DNA from: Acidobacteriota bacterium
GTDB lineage: Bacteria > Acidobacteriota > UBA6911 > RPQK01 > JAJDTT01
Reading direction: 5' to 3'
Assembly: GCA_965209055.1 (NCBI GenBank)
Contig: OZ242374.1
Location: 4,192,001 to 4,256,000 of the forward strand
Length of the DNA: 64,000 nucleotides
Shown here: positions 31,547-40,443 of the stretch, piece by piece
Layout: each line of letters starts with the position of its first letter
Position numbering within the stretch: the first letter of the stretch is position 1
Notes under the pieces: model-generated
The model's input: only the letters and a program-made list of their open reading frames with translations
Told to the model about the DNA's origin: nothing
Databases searched by the model: none
Translations under genes and position numbers: made by a program

Positions 31547-32657
31547 GCAATCGATCACCAGCGTCGCCCGGAATGTCGATGACCTGACCGCGGTTTGGAG
31601 CGGTGGCGAACGCACCCGTCTTCCCTACCTCTGGCTGCGCGACAATTGCGGTTGCAGCGAGTGCCGCGTCGTGCAGACCACGGAGAAGCGGTTCCACATC
31701 TTCCGGGTCGCCAAGGACCTGAGACCGTTGCAGGTCAGCATCGAACGCACCGGATCCGAGCACGAAGCCATCTCCATCGCCTGGCCGGACGGACACCGCA
31801 CGCGCTTTCGGTCACGCGAGATCCACGGCCTCCTGAGCCGGCCTCGTTTGGACCTGCGCTACTGGGACAGCCGGTTCCAGCCGCGCAAGTACGACTATCA
31901 ACGGTTCCTGGCGGACGACAGCACGGCGGCGGAGATGATCGAGGAGATTCTGCGGACCGGGGTCTGCGTGCTGGTCGACGCCCCCACGGATCCGGATTCG
32001 TCGGAGCAGCTCGCGACCCGTTTGGGACCGATCCGCGAAGTGCTGTTCGAACGCATCCACAACGTCGTGGTCGACCCCAAGGGATACAGCATCGCGCACA
32101 CGGATCTGGCGGTCGCGCCGCACAACGACTTTACCAGCTACAACTGGCCGCCCAGCGTGCAGGCACTGCACATGCTGGTGAACGAATGCGAAGGCGGCGA
32201 GTCTTGCGTCGTGGACGGCTTCGGCGTGCTCAACGAACTACGCAACGATCACCCCGGCAAGTTCGACGTGCTTTGCGCGGTGCCGGTGCCTTTTCGCCTC
32301 TTCAGCGAAGAGTACGAGTGCTACGCGGCCAACCCCATGGTCGAGCTGGACAGCGGCGGCGAGATCAGGTTGCTGCGCTTCAACACCCAGCAAATGCAGG
32401 CCATTCCCCTGTCTGAGCCTCGGCTGGGCGACTTTTACGCCGCCTACCACGAGCTGTCCAGGCGCATCAATGACCCCAACGCCCAGGCTTCCGTCCGGTT
32501 GGAGGGCGGGCAGATTCTGCTGTGCGCCGGGCACCGTGTGCTGCACGGCCGCACCGCGCTGCGCTCCAAGGGGCGCCGCCACCTGCAGGACGCCTACTTC
32601 GAGCACGACAACGTGCGCAACCACCTGAGGTTGCTGCGCCGCACCGGCCGGATCTGA
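31542..32657 (+). CDS. Fe(II)/2OG dioxygenase, gamma-butyrobetaine hydroxylase (BBOX/TMLH/TmpA)-like
   Basis: WLRDNCGCSEC...WPDGH N-terminal Zn domain; PHND (HxD); RVLHGR; RHLQDAY. Confidence 0.92.
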   Translation: MQQSITSVARNVDDLTAVWSGGERTRLPYLWLRDNCGCSECRVVQTTEKRFHIFRVAKDLRPLQVSIERTGSEHEAISIAWPDGHRTRFRSREIHGLLSRPRLDLRYWDSRFQPRKYDYQRFLADDSTAAEMIEEILRTGVCVLVDAPTDPDSSEQLATRLGPIREVLFERIHNVVVDPKGYSIAHTDLAVAPHNDFTSYNWPPSVQALHMLVNECEGGESCVVDGFGVLNELRNDHPGKFDVLCAVPVPFRLFSEEYECYAANPMVELDSGGEIRLLRFNTQQMQAIPLSEPRLGDFYAAYHELSRRINDPNAQASVRLEGGQILLCAGHRVLHGRTALRSKGRRHLQDAYFEHDNVRNHLRLLRRTGRI

Positions 32658-32759
32658 AGGCCGCAAACCCGCGGACATGCTCCGAATTCCGAGCCCGACC
32701 GTCAAGCCGGCATCAGAGCCGGTTTGCGGCGGCCCGAACCTGCTCACGGATGCGGGCGC

Positions 32760-34061
32760 CTACACCGTCGCGTCCAGGCCCCGGGCGAAAGCGATCTCGC
32801 GGGCGCTGGGGTTCACTGAGGGGCGGAAGGGAACCTCGCACACCCGTGCGCGGTCCGGCCGGCCCGCCTCGCTGGCGTATTCGTCGGGCAGCCACACCGT
32901 GAGCTCCGTGCCGACGGCCGACTTCCCGGGGGGCACGTACCCGAGCGCTATGTTGCACCCCAGTTCGGGGGAGTGCCACGGCGACGTGAGGTAGCCGATG
33001 GGATCGCCGCCGTCCGCGTCCGACACGAGCCAGAAGTCCGGAGCATATTCGTCGATGGGGCTCCCGCCCAGCGTCATCCCCACCATGACCATCGCGAACG
33101 GACAACGCCCGGCGTCGAGCTCGGCGCGCTGGCGCTCCAGCACGGCCCGCCCGATGTAGTCTCCCGGCTTCTTGCGCGGCACCTGGTAGGCCAGGTTGCA
33201 CTGGAACGGACTCGTCTCGTGGTCGATGTCCTGTCCCCACGACAGGATCCCGGCCTGGATCCTGCGCTGGTGGCCCGGCGCAATGACCATCAGTTGGTGC
33301 CTGTCCCCCGCGTCGAGCACCGCGCGCCACAGCTTCTCGGCGTGCAGCGTGGCGTCGCGAAGATAGATCTCATACCCCTTCTCGCCTGAGAACCCGGACT
33401 GGGAGACCACGACGGAACACCCCGCGATCTGCGCCTCGAGAATTCCGTAGTAGGGGATGTCCCGGATGCCCGCGCCCACCAGGTCGGTCATGAGATCGAG
33501 CGACTTCGGTCCCTGGATCTGCAAGGGACAGACGTCGATCTCGTCGATCTCCACCTCCATCCGAAGCCCGACGTTCACGCCCTGGAGCCAGTACAGGAGG
33601 TCGGAGTCGGCAAGCGAGAACCAGAACTCGTCCCGGGAGAGCCGCAGCAGCACCGGGTCGTTGAGAATGCCGCCCTTCTCGTTGCAGACGATGACGTACT
33701 TCGCGTGCATCGGCTCGATGCGCGTCGCGTCCCGGGTGATCACGTAGTCGGTGAACCGTTCCGCATCCGGCCCCTTGACGCGGATCTGCCGCTCCACCGC
33801 GACGTTCCACAGCGTGACGTCCCGGGTCAGCGCCTCGTGCTCCACCGCCGCGCCGCCGTCCTCGGGCCGCACGTAGCCGCGGGGGTGGTAGATGCGGTTG
33901 TACACGGTGGCCCGCCAGCAGCCCGCTTCATGCGACAGATGCCAATAGGGGGACTTTCGGACCCGGGTGGAAATGAGCAGCTCGGTCGGCGTGCGGCCGC
34001 TCTGGCGAAGGTTGATCGGGACGATCCTGTCGGACTGGTCCACGCTGATCGGTTGATGCAT
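32760..34061 (-). CDS. GcvT-family THF-dependent aminomethyltransferase/demethylase (DmdA-like)
   Basis: LWNVAVERQI, GGILNDPVLLRL, LQIQGPKS, SQSGFSGEKGYEIY, RRIQAGILSWGQD. Confidence 0.9.
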   Translation of the reverse strand: MHQPISVDQSDRIVPINLRQSGRTPTELLISTRVRKSPYWHLSHEAGCWRATVYNRIYHPRGYVRPEDGGAAVEHEALTRDVTLWNVAVERQIRVKGPDAERFTDYVITRDATRIEPMHAKYVIVCNEKGGILNDPVLLRLSRDEFWFSLADSDLLYWLQGVNVGLRMEVEIDEIDVCPLQIQGPKSLDLMTDLVGAGIRDIPYYGILEAQIAGCSVVVSQSGFSGEKGYEIYLRDATLHAEKLWRAVLDAGDRHQLMVIAPGHQRRIQAGILSWGQDIDHETSPFQCNLAYQVPRKKPGDYIGRAVLERQRAELDAGRCPFAMVMVGMTLGGSPIDEYAPDFWLVSDADGGDPIGYLTSPWHSPELGCNIALGYVPPGKSAVGTELTVWLPDEYASEAGRPDRARVCEVPFRPSVNPSAREIAFARGLDATV

Positions 34062-34223
34062 GGTCGATCCCCTCAATCCGTTGTGACCGGCCCGGAACAT
34101 GCACTGCAGCAACGGCTCCGGGCATCCGTGCGTCGAGCCTCCAACGCACGTGAACGATTCCCGGCATTAGGTGCGCTTTTCCTGCGCCTGTCAAGCAGCG
34201 GGCCCGGGCAGGCGTCCTTGACA
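34057..34223 (-). promoter_or_regulatory. Conserved promoter + structured leader, copy 2
   Basis: Inverted copy of 31394-31546 with the same TGTCAAG-N21-CTTGACA spacing and a short insertion. Confidence 0.75.
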
Positions 34224-34283
34224 AGGCCCTGCGCCTTCAATCACGCTGGAACTAAAGGAGCCCTGCTCAGGAGAGTGGCAAAC

Positions 34284-34880
34284 ATGCAAAAAATGGCACA
34301 GGTGAGCGGTCCGACGGTGAGCTTCACCAGTATGGCGGACGGCACCCGCGAGGATTACGAGTTGCTCGGGCGCCACGAGAAGGAATTCGCCGCCGGCACC
34401 GCCGACCGGGTGTTGGCGTATCTTCGCGAGTTGTCGGGTTCGCTCGCCGGCTACCAGGTCGACCGGCTGGAGCATTCTCTGCAGACCGCGACCCGCGCCT
34501 ACCGCGACGACGCGGAAGAGGAGCTGGTGGTGGCGGCGCTCCTGCACGACATCGACGACATGCTGGCCCCGCACAGCCACGGCGAGCTGTCCGCGCTGCT
34601 GCTGCGCCCCTACGTGACCGAACGAACGTACTGGATCGTCCGGCACCACGGCCTTTTCCAGCTCTACTACTACGCCCACCACGTGGGCGGCAACCGCAAC
34701 GCGCGCGACAAGTATCGCGATCATCCCTGGTATCGGGACGCCGTGGACTTCTGTCACCGCTGGGACCAGTGCGCGTTCGATCCCGACTACGATTCGCTGC
34801 CGCTGGAGTTCTTCGAGCCGATGGTGCGCCGCGTGTTTGCGCGCAAACCGTTCAGCCTGGCGCCGAGGAAGCGTTCCTGA
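34284..34880 (+). CDS. HD-domain protein (PhnZ/TmpB-like diiron oxygenase or phosphohydrolase)
   Basis: LEHSLQTATRA, ALLHD, HSHG, RHH, WDQ; AGGAGAG RBS. Confidence 0.88.
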   Translation: MQKMAQVSGPTVSFTSMADGTREDYELLGRHEKEFAAGTADRVLAYLRELSGSLAGYQVDRLEHSLQTATRAYRDDAEEELVVAALLHDIDDMLAPHSHGELSALLLRPYVTERTYWIVRHHGLFQLYYYAHHVGGNRNARDKYRDHPWYRDAVDFCHRWDQCAFDPDYDSLPLEFFEPMVRRVFARKPFSLAPRKRS

Positions 34881-34938
34881 CCACGGCCGCGCCTGTAACC
34901 GGGCGGCGCGAGGATGTCCGCCATGGGCTCTTCGCCCG

Positions 34939-35730
34939 TCAGTGTCCGGCGATGATGTCCTGAAGCTTCTGGCCCTTTTCTTTCCAGAAGGAGTAGAGGA
35001 TCCCCAGGTCGCCGCCCATGATGAAGTGGCGCACGCCCATGTCCAGGTATTGGCGGGCGTCCTCGGGTGAGTGAATTCCGACCTTGGGCTGAACTCCCAT
35101 TTTGAGGGAGGTTCGGATCACCCGGCTCTTGGCCGCGTTGACCTCGGGATCCTCCCATTGCCCCGGCTTGCCGATGTTCAGGGAGAAATCGGCGGCGCCG
35201 AACTGGACCATGTCGATTCCCTCCACGTCCAGAATGGCCTCCAGGTTGTCCACCGCCGACTTCTTCTCGATCATGAGAGCCACGACCGAGTTCTCCAGAA
35301 TGCTCACATAGTTGGCCGGACCATCCAGAAAGTAGCGGGCCACGCGCCGGTCTCCATAGCCCTGGTGCCCCACCGATCCCGGGGTCTCGGGTTTCATGGC
35401 GGCGACGCATTCCCGGGCTTCCTCGGGCGTGCGGACGTCGGCGAAGAGGACGTTCTGGATGCCGGCGCCGATCGCCCGGGCGGCCATGAAGGTCCTGGGC
35501 TCCTGGTCGATCTTGATCATGGCGGACAGATGGGGGAACAGTTCCGTGACGCGGGCGAAGTGGTCCATCCAGTGCAGGTCGTAGGGGACATATTCGGCCT
35601 CGAACTCCACGTAGTCGATGGTGCCGGCGTGTCCCAGCATCTCCACCACGTCGGGCGAGGAGGTGTAAATGTTGGTGGACACCGTGGTCTCACCGGCGTC
35701 GAGCTTCTGGCGCAGTCGGTTGGGTTTCAT
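34939..35730 (-). CDS. HpcH/HpaI aldolase family protein
   Basis: DYVEFEAEY, ALMIEKKSAVDNLEAILDVEGIDMVQFGAADFS; AGGAG RBS. Confidence 0.88.
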   Translation of the reverse strand: MKPNRLRQKLDAGETTVSTNIYTSSPDVVEMLGHAGTIDYVEFEAEYVPYDLHWMDHFARVTELFPHLSAMIKIDQEPRTFMAARAIGAGIQNVLFADVRTPEEARECVAAMKPETPGSVGHQGYGDRRVARYFLDGPANYVSILENSVVALMIEKKSAVDNLEAILDVEGIDMVQFGAADFSLNIGKPGQWEDPEVNAAKSRVIRTSLKMGVQPKVGIHSPEDARQYLDMGVRHFIMGGDLGILYSFWKEKGQKLQDIIAGH

Positions 35731-35817
35731 TTTCGTCTCCTTTTCCGGTGAGCAAGGGTGACAGAATGATCTGTCATTATGGTTTCCGCTCTTCAGCAGA
35801 CTGGATGGAAACGGGCC

Positions 35818-36870
35818 ATGTCTTCCGCACCCATTCGAGGCCGCGGCGCCGCCGAGAATCCGGCCAACCGTTTCGAGCCGATCCACTATGTTTCCGACAC
35901 GGAAGATGAAGAGACTCACCCGGATACCCGTCTCTACAAGGACACCAGCCGGACCATCCTGGCCCGGAACCAGAGCCCGGACGTCGGTTTCGAATTCAGC
36001 GTGAACCCCTACCGGGGCTGCGAGCACGGTTGCGTTTACTGCTACGCACGTCCCTACCACGAGTATCTGGGATTCTCGGCCGGTCTGGACTTCGAGACCC
36101 GGATCCTGGTCAAGGAGGACGCCCCCCAGTTGCTGCGGCAGGAGCTTCGGTCTCCCAAATGGGAGCCCCAGACCATCGCCATCAGCGGAGTCACCGACGC
36201 CTATCAGCCGGCAGAACGACGGTTGGGCATCACCCGGGCCTGTCTGAAAGTCCTGGTGGAGTTCGGCAATCCGGCGGCCGTCGTCACCAAGAACCATCTG
36301 GTGACCCGGGACGCCGACCTCCTTTCGGTGCTGGCGGCGAAGGACGCGGCGTCGGTAAACCTGTCGATCACCACACTGGATGCCAGGCTTCAGAGGACGA
36401 TGGAGCCCCGGGCGTCCACACCGTCGGCCCGGTTGGCGGCGGTTCGAGAACTATCGGAGCAGGGAATTCCGGTCCGGGTGATGGTGGGGCCCGTCATCCC
36501 CGGTCTCACGGAGCATGAGATTCCGTCGATTCTGGAGGCGTCATCCGAGGCGGGAGCCGTCGCGGCATCTTACATCCTGCTGCGGCTTCCCTATGGAGTG
36601 AAGAATCTCTTCGAGTCCTGGTTGCAACGGTGCTATCCGGACAGGAGGAAGCGGGTCCTCAACCGGATCCGGGAGACACGGGGAGGGAATCTCTACTCCT
36701 CCGAGTTTCACGAGCGAATGAAGGGAACGGGTGTCTACGCCCGCCAGATCAGCGAACTGTTTCAGGTCACCTGCCGCCGCCTGGGGCTCAACCGGAAGTC
36801 CATGGCCCTTTCGGCTGCCGCCTTTCGCCGCCCCGGAGAGAAGCGGCAACTGGATCTGTTTGCCGGCTAG
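35818..36870 (+). CDS. PA0069-family (SPL-like) radical SAM protein
   Basis: GRGA..NP.NRF, NPYRGCEHGCVYCYARP; C-terminal QLDLF clamp-binding-like motif. Confidence 0.93.
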   Translation: MSSAPIRGRGAAENPANRFEPIHYVSDTEDEETHPDTRLYKDTSRTILARNQSPDVGFEFSVNPYRGCEHGCVYCYARPYHEYLGFSAGLDFETRILVKEDAPQLLRQELRSPKWEPQTIAISGVTDAYQPAERRLGITRACLKVLVEFGNPAAVVTKNHLVTRDADLLSVLAAKDAASVNLSITTLDARLQRTMEPRASTPSARLAAVRELSEQGIPVRVMVGPVIPGLTEHEIPSILEASSEAGAVAASYILLRLPYGVKNLFESWLQRCYPDRRKRVLNRIRETRGGNLYSSEFHERMKGTGVYARQISELFQVTCRRLGLNRKSMALSAAAFRRPGEKRQLDLFAG

Positions 36871-37028
36871 ACCAAGTCGAACAGCGTAGCGGAACAGTCG
36901 ACCACAATATGGGTCGAGGAGCGTTCCTGGAGTTATGCGCGAAAAAGTCGGTGCAGCCCGACGAACACGGCTTCGTCAATTCCAGGCTGATCCACGAATA
37001 GCGGGATCCGAATTGAATGGCGAGAGGA

Positions 37029-37298
37029 TCAATCGGGGTCGTCCGCCAAAGTGCGGCGACTGCGTGTTTTTCTCTTCGCGCGGATAAACTCTGCGATGTC
37101 CACGTTCGCTCGAGCGGCGCCATGGTGGACCAGGATGCCCTTCTTGCAAACGAGCGACGGCTTGGCGCCGACCTTGCGCAGCGTCAGGCCCTCTGCAGTG
37201 GCTTCGATCTCCAACTGTGTCCCGGCGACGAGATTGAATCGATCGCGAAGCGGCTTCGGCACCACCACTCTCCCGTCCCGATCAATAGTCGTAATCAC
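37029..37298 (-). CDS. AbrB/MazE/SpoVT family antitoxin-like DNA-binding protein
   Basis: TTIDRDGRVVVPKPLRDRFNLVAGTQLEI. Confidence 0.82.
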   Translation of the reverse strand: MITTIDRDGRVVVPKPLRDRFNLVAGTQLEIEATAEGLTLRKVGAKPSLVCKKGILVHHGAARANVDIAEFIRAKRKTRSRRTLADDPD

Positions 37299-37672
37299 GG
37301 AATCATGGTGTGAAACATGGCACTCCGCGTCAAGGTGTCCCGGCATGGACGTGTCCGGCTCCGTCGGGAAACGGTGTTGCCTCACGAGGATGCGCAGTTG
37401 TTTCCATCGACCGGTGCAATCCAGAGAGAAGCAGGGTTTGTCCGGGGACTGCGGTTTACTTGCCGCCTAACGGCCATTGACCAAGGGTAAAGGAGGAATG
37501 GGGGGATAGGAATGTCCCCCCTACGGTAGTCGCCCAGGGGCGTTGAAGCGGGGGTCTGGTTTCATTGCCTTTACGGTGCGCAGAGCAAGAGCGGGGGACA
37601 GGAAAGTCCCCCCTCCTGGTAGTAGACTGGGCGGCGCCGATAGCGGCTGATTCGAGGTAAGGGAGATCCAGC

Positions 37673-38728
37673 ATGAAGAAGAAGCCATTCGTCCTCACCG
37701 TTTTGATCGGGCTTGTTGCGGCGGCTGTTGTGGTTGCCGCGGTTATGCCGCCCTCGTCACACGCCAAGAAGTGGCAGGCAGGGAAGGGCTGGGGTTGGGT
37801 CTGGGGCAAGGACGACGAAGTGGGGGCGCTCAACGAGATGACCGACGCCTCCCGCCTCGCGGCCCTGAAGATGGTCCGGCAGGGAAGGGTCTTCGATCTG
37901 GGATTGAGTTATGACCGGACCTCCTACAAGTGGCCCGGGCACAGTCCGGGCGAAATCATCATGTTCCGGTCTCCCAGCGGCGTGAAGAGCCAGAAGGACA
38001 TTCCGGGCGTGATCCAGGACAATCCCTCGTTGACCGCCTGGCACAGTTGCGCCCTGTTTATCAACGACAACGTGGCGACCCAGATCGACGGGCTGGGCCA
38101 CGCCGTTCAGGGGAAGGACAACCACTGGTACAACGGATTCAAGGAGTCGGACGCCTCGGGCGACTGGGGCATCCGCAAATGCGACGCCACCACCATTCCC
38201 CCTATCGTGGCCCGCGGGGTCATGATCGACGTGGCCGCGTACAAGGGGATGAAGGCGTTGCCCCCCAACTACGAGATCACTCCGGCGGACCTTCAGGGCG
38301 CGCTCAAGAAGCAGGGAACCAAGCTACAGTTCGGTGACGTGGTTCTGGTCCGGACCGGGACCACCCAGTTCTGGGGCACGGCCGGATCGGATCATGCGAC
38401 CATCGACCGGCATGACTCGGCCGGCATCAACCTGGACTCGGCCCGCTGGCTGGTGGAGCAGAAAGGGGCCATCATGGTCGGCGGAGATACCAGCGGCGTG
38501 GAATACAAGCCCACGGCGGCGGACAACAAGGCCTACCGCGAGAAATACGGCTCCTTCATGCCGGTCCACAACTACCTGTTGATCGAACAGGGCGTCCACA
38601 TCGCGGAGTTTCACGCCCTGGAGGAACTCTCTCGCGACGGCGTCTACGAGTTCACCTACGTCTGCACCGTGAACAAGATCCGGGGCACCGTTGCGGGGTT
38701 CGCCCTTCGCCCCATCGCCATTGTCTGA
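37673..38728 (+). CDS. Secreted cyclase-family (kynurenine formamidase-like) protein
   Basis: Signal peptide; WGKDDEVGALN, TQIDGLGH, RGVMIDVA, GDVVLVRTG. Confidence 0.9.
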   Translation: MKKKPFVLTVLIGLVAAAVVVAAVMPPSSHAKKWQAGKGWGWVWGKDDEVGALNEMTDASRLAALKMVRQGRVFDLGLSYDRTSYKWPGHSPGEIIMFRSPSGVKSQKDIPGVIQDNPSLTAWHSCALFINDNVATQIDGLGHAVQGKDNHWYNGFKESDASGDWGIRKCDATTIPPIVARGVMIDVAAYKGMKALPPNYEITPADLQGALKKQGTKLQFGDVVLVRTGTTQFWGTAGSDHATIDRHDSAGINLDSARWLVEQKGAIMVGGDTSGVEYKPTAADNKAYREKYGSFMPVHNYLLIEQGVHIAEFHALEELSRDGVYEFTYVCTVNKIRGTVAGFALRPIAIV

Positions 38729-38753
38729 GCCTTTTCGGGACAAGGAGAAAGAA

Positions 38754-40331
38754 ATGAGACATCAAGGAACAACATGGATCGTCGGAATGGCTCTGATGCT
38801 AGCGGCCGGAACGGCTGCGTCTGGTGGGGACGGGGGTGCGGGGCTCGCCGAAATCGGCTCCCGGACCCAGCTTTTCGTGGACGACTACATGATCCAGCAC
38901 CTGTCCCATGCCAAGCAGGTGCTCAATCCGGCACAAAAGCACCCGAACAATCCCCTCATCGCCTCCGACCGTCCGTGGGAGGGACACTACCTCGGCCTCA
39001 GCCGCGTCTTCTACGACGAGGAGGAGGGCGTATTCAAGATGTGGTACCGGAGCAACAACGACTTCAAAGTCAAGAAGGGCGCCGACATCACCGACTACAA
39101 GTGGACCGAAAACGGCGTGGTTCGCGAAAAGGTCTGGTCGCCTGAGAGCTACAGCTTCGTAGGCAACTCCAACGGCGACGTGTGGCTGCCCCTTTTCGCC
39201 ACCTCGCGGGACGGCGTGATTTGGGAGAAGCCGAGTCTCGGGAAGGTGGAATTCAACGGCTCGACCCGCAACAACATCCTGCCTGAGGAGAGCCGGGTTC
39301 CCACCTTCCGCGACCCCAATGCCACCGACCCGGCCAAGCGGTACGTCTCCCTCGGACACCGGCGCGGTACCCGTGGGAAACCGGGATTCATGCTGGACCT
39401 GTACCACTCGCCCGACGGGTTCAACTGGACGCCCTACGAGAACAATCCGGTCGTGGACACGTCTCCGGTGCCGGGAGTGTGGGGACCCACCGTATTCATG
39501 GGATGGGATCCCATCCGGAAGGTGTACGCCGCCCACATCGAGAGCTGCATCCACCGCGCGTGTCCGCTGGGGAAACGGCTCATCGGCCGGGCCGAGAGTC
39601 CAGACCTGATCCATTGGAGCCGGGACCAGTTGATCGTCCTGCCCGATGAGCACGACTCGCCCGACACCGAGTTCTACGCCATGGCCGCCTTCGACTACGA
39701 CGGGATCTACCTGTCCATCATCAAGATCTTCCGGACCACCAAGACCTGGCACTATCCCGAGCTGGCCATGAGCCGCGACGGACTCCACTACGAGCGCAAC
39801 TACCGGGAGCCCTTCATCCGGCTGGGAGACTTCGGGGATTTCGACGAATCCACCGTCTACGTCTTTCAGGCCCCCATCGTCCACAAGGACAAGGTCCTGG
39901 TCTACTACTACGGCGGGAACTGGCGCGGCGCCGACGCCCTGCACGAGAAGGGAGACAAGGGCATCTTCGCCATCGGCCTGGCCACCGTTCCCCGGGACGG
40001 ATTCGTCTCGGTGGATGCGGGCAAGCTCCACCCCGGACGCCTGGTGACCCGGCCCGTCAGCTTCCAGGGGGACGGCCTCTACGTGAGAATGGAGGCGGCC
40101 AAGCACAATTGGGGCTCCGGCGTTCCCGAGCTCCGGGTGGAGATCCTGGACTCGAACCAGCACCCGATTCCGGGATTCACCATGGAGGACTCCGATCCGA
40201 TCCGGACCAGCGGCCGGCACCGCATGAGCTGGCAGGGAAGGAAAGACGTGGGAGGACTGGAAGGTACGCCCGTCCAGCTCAGGTTCCACTTCAAGAACGC
40301 GAAGCTCTTCTCATTCCAGTTCCAGCCCTAG
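38754..40331 (+). CDS. Secreted GH32/GH130-like beta-propeller protein
   Basis: QLFVDD, DRPWEG, SRDGVIWEKP, SPDGFNW, RDGFVS; paralog of 23703-26210. Confidence 0.82.
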   Translation: MRHQGTTWIVGMALMLAAGTAASGGDGGAGLAEIGSRTQLFVDDYMIQHLSHAKQVLNPAQKHPNNPLIASDRPWEGHYLGLSRVFYDEEEGVFKMWYRSNNDFKVKKGADITDYKWTENGVVREKVWSPESYSFVGNSNGDVWLPLFATSRDGVIWEKPSLGKVEFNGSTRNNILPEESRVPTFRDPNATDPAKRYVSLGHRRGTRGKPGFMLDLYHSPDGFNWTPYENNPVVDTSPVPGVWGPTVFMGWDPIRKVYAAHIESCIHRACPLGKRLIGRAESPDLIHWSRDQLIVLPDEHDSPDTEFYAMAAFDYDGIYLSIIKIFRTTKTWHYPELAMSRDGLHYERNYREPFIRLGDFGDFDESTVYVFQAPIVHKDKVLVYYYGGNWRGADALHEKGDKGIFAIGLATVPRDGFVSVDAGKLHPGRLVTRPVSFQGDGLYVRMEAAKHNWGSGVPELRVEILDSNQHPIPGFTMEDSDPIRTSGRHRMSWQGRKDVGGLEGTPVQLRFHFKNAKLFSFQFQP

Positions 40332-40443
40332 GAGCGGCGGCATCCTTGCCGCCGGACACGAGCCGGGTCCTTTCTAGGCGCCGGACTCCGGTGAAGCTGG
40401 GAAACGAGGAGCATGGGGGGACAAGAAAGTCTCCCCTCCCAAC

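Noticed and set aside
33705-34283. N-terminal extensions of the ORF-track proteins for HD (33705), aldolase (36297), AttH (55444), dioxygenase (31491) and GcvT (34112)
   Set aside because: They overlap other genes or the leader element; downstream ATGs (mostly with clear RBSs) match family starts.
36870-37030. PIN toxin remnant downstream of the AbrB gene
   Set aside because: No DTS/DTN or other PIN motif was found in any minus-strand frame.
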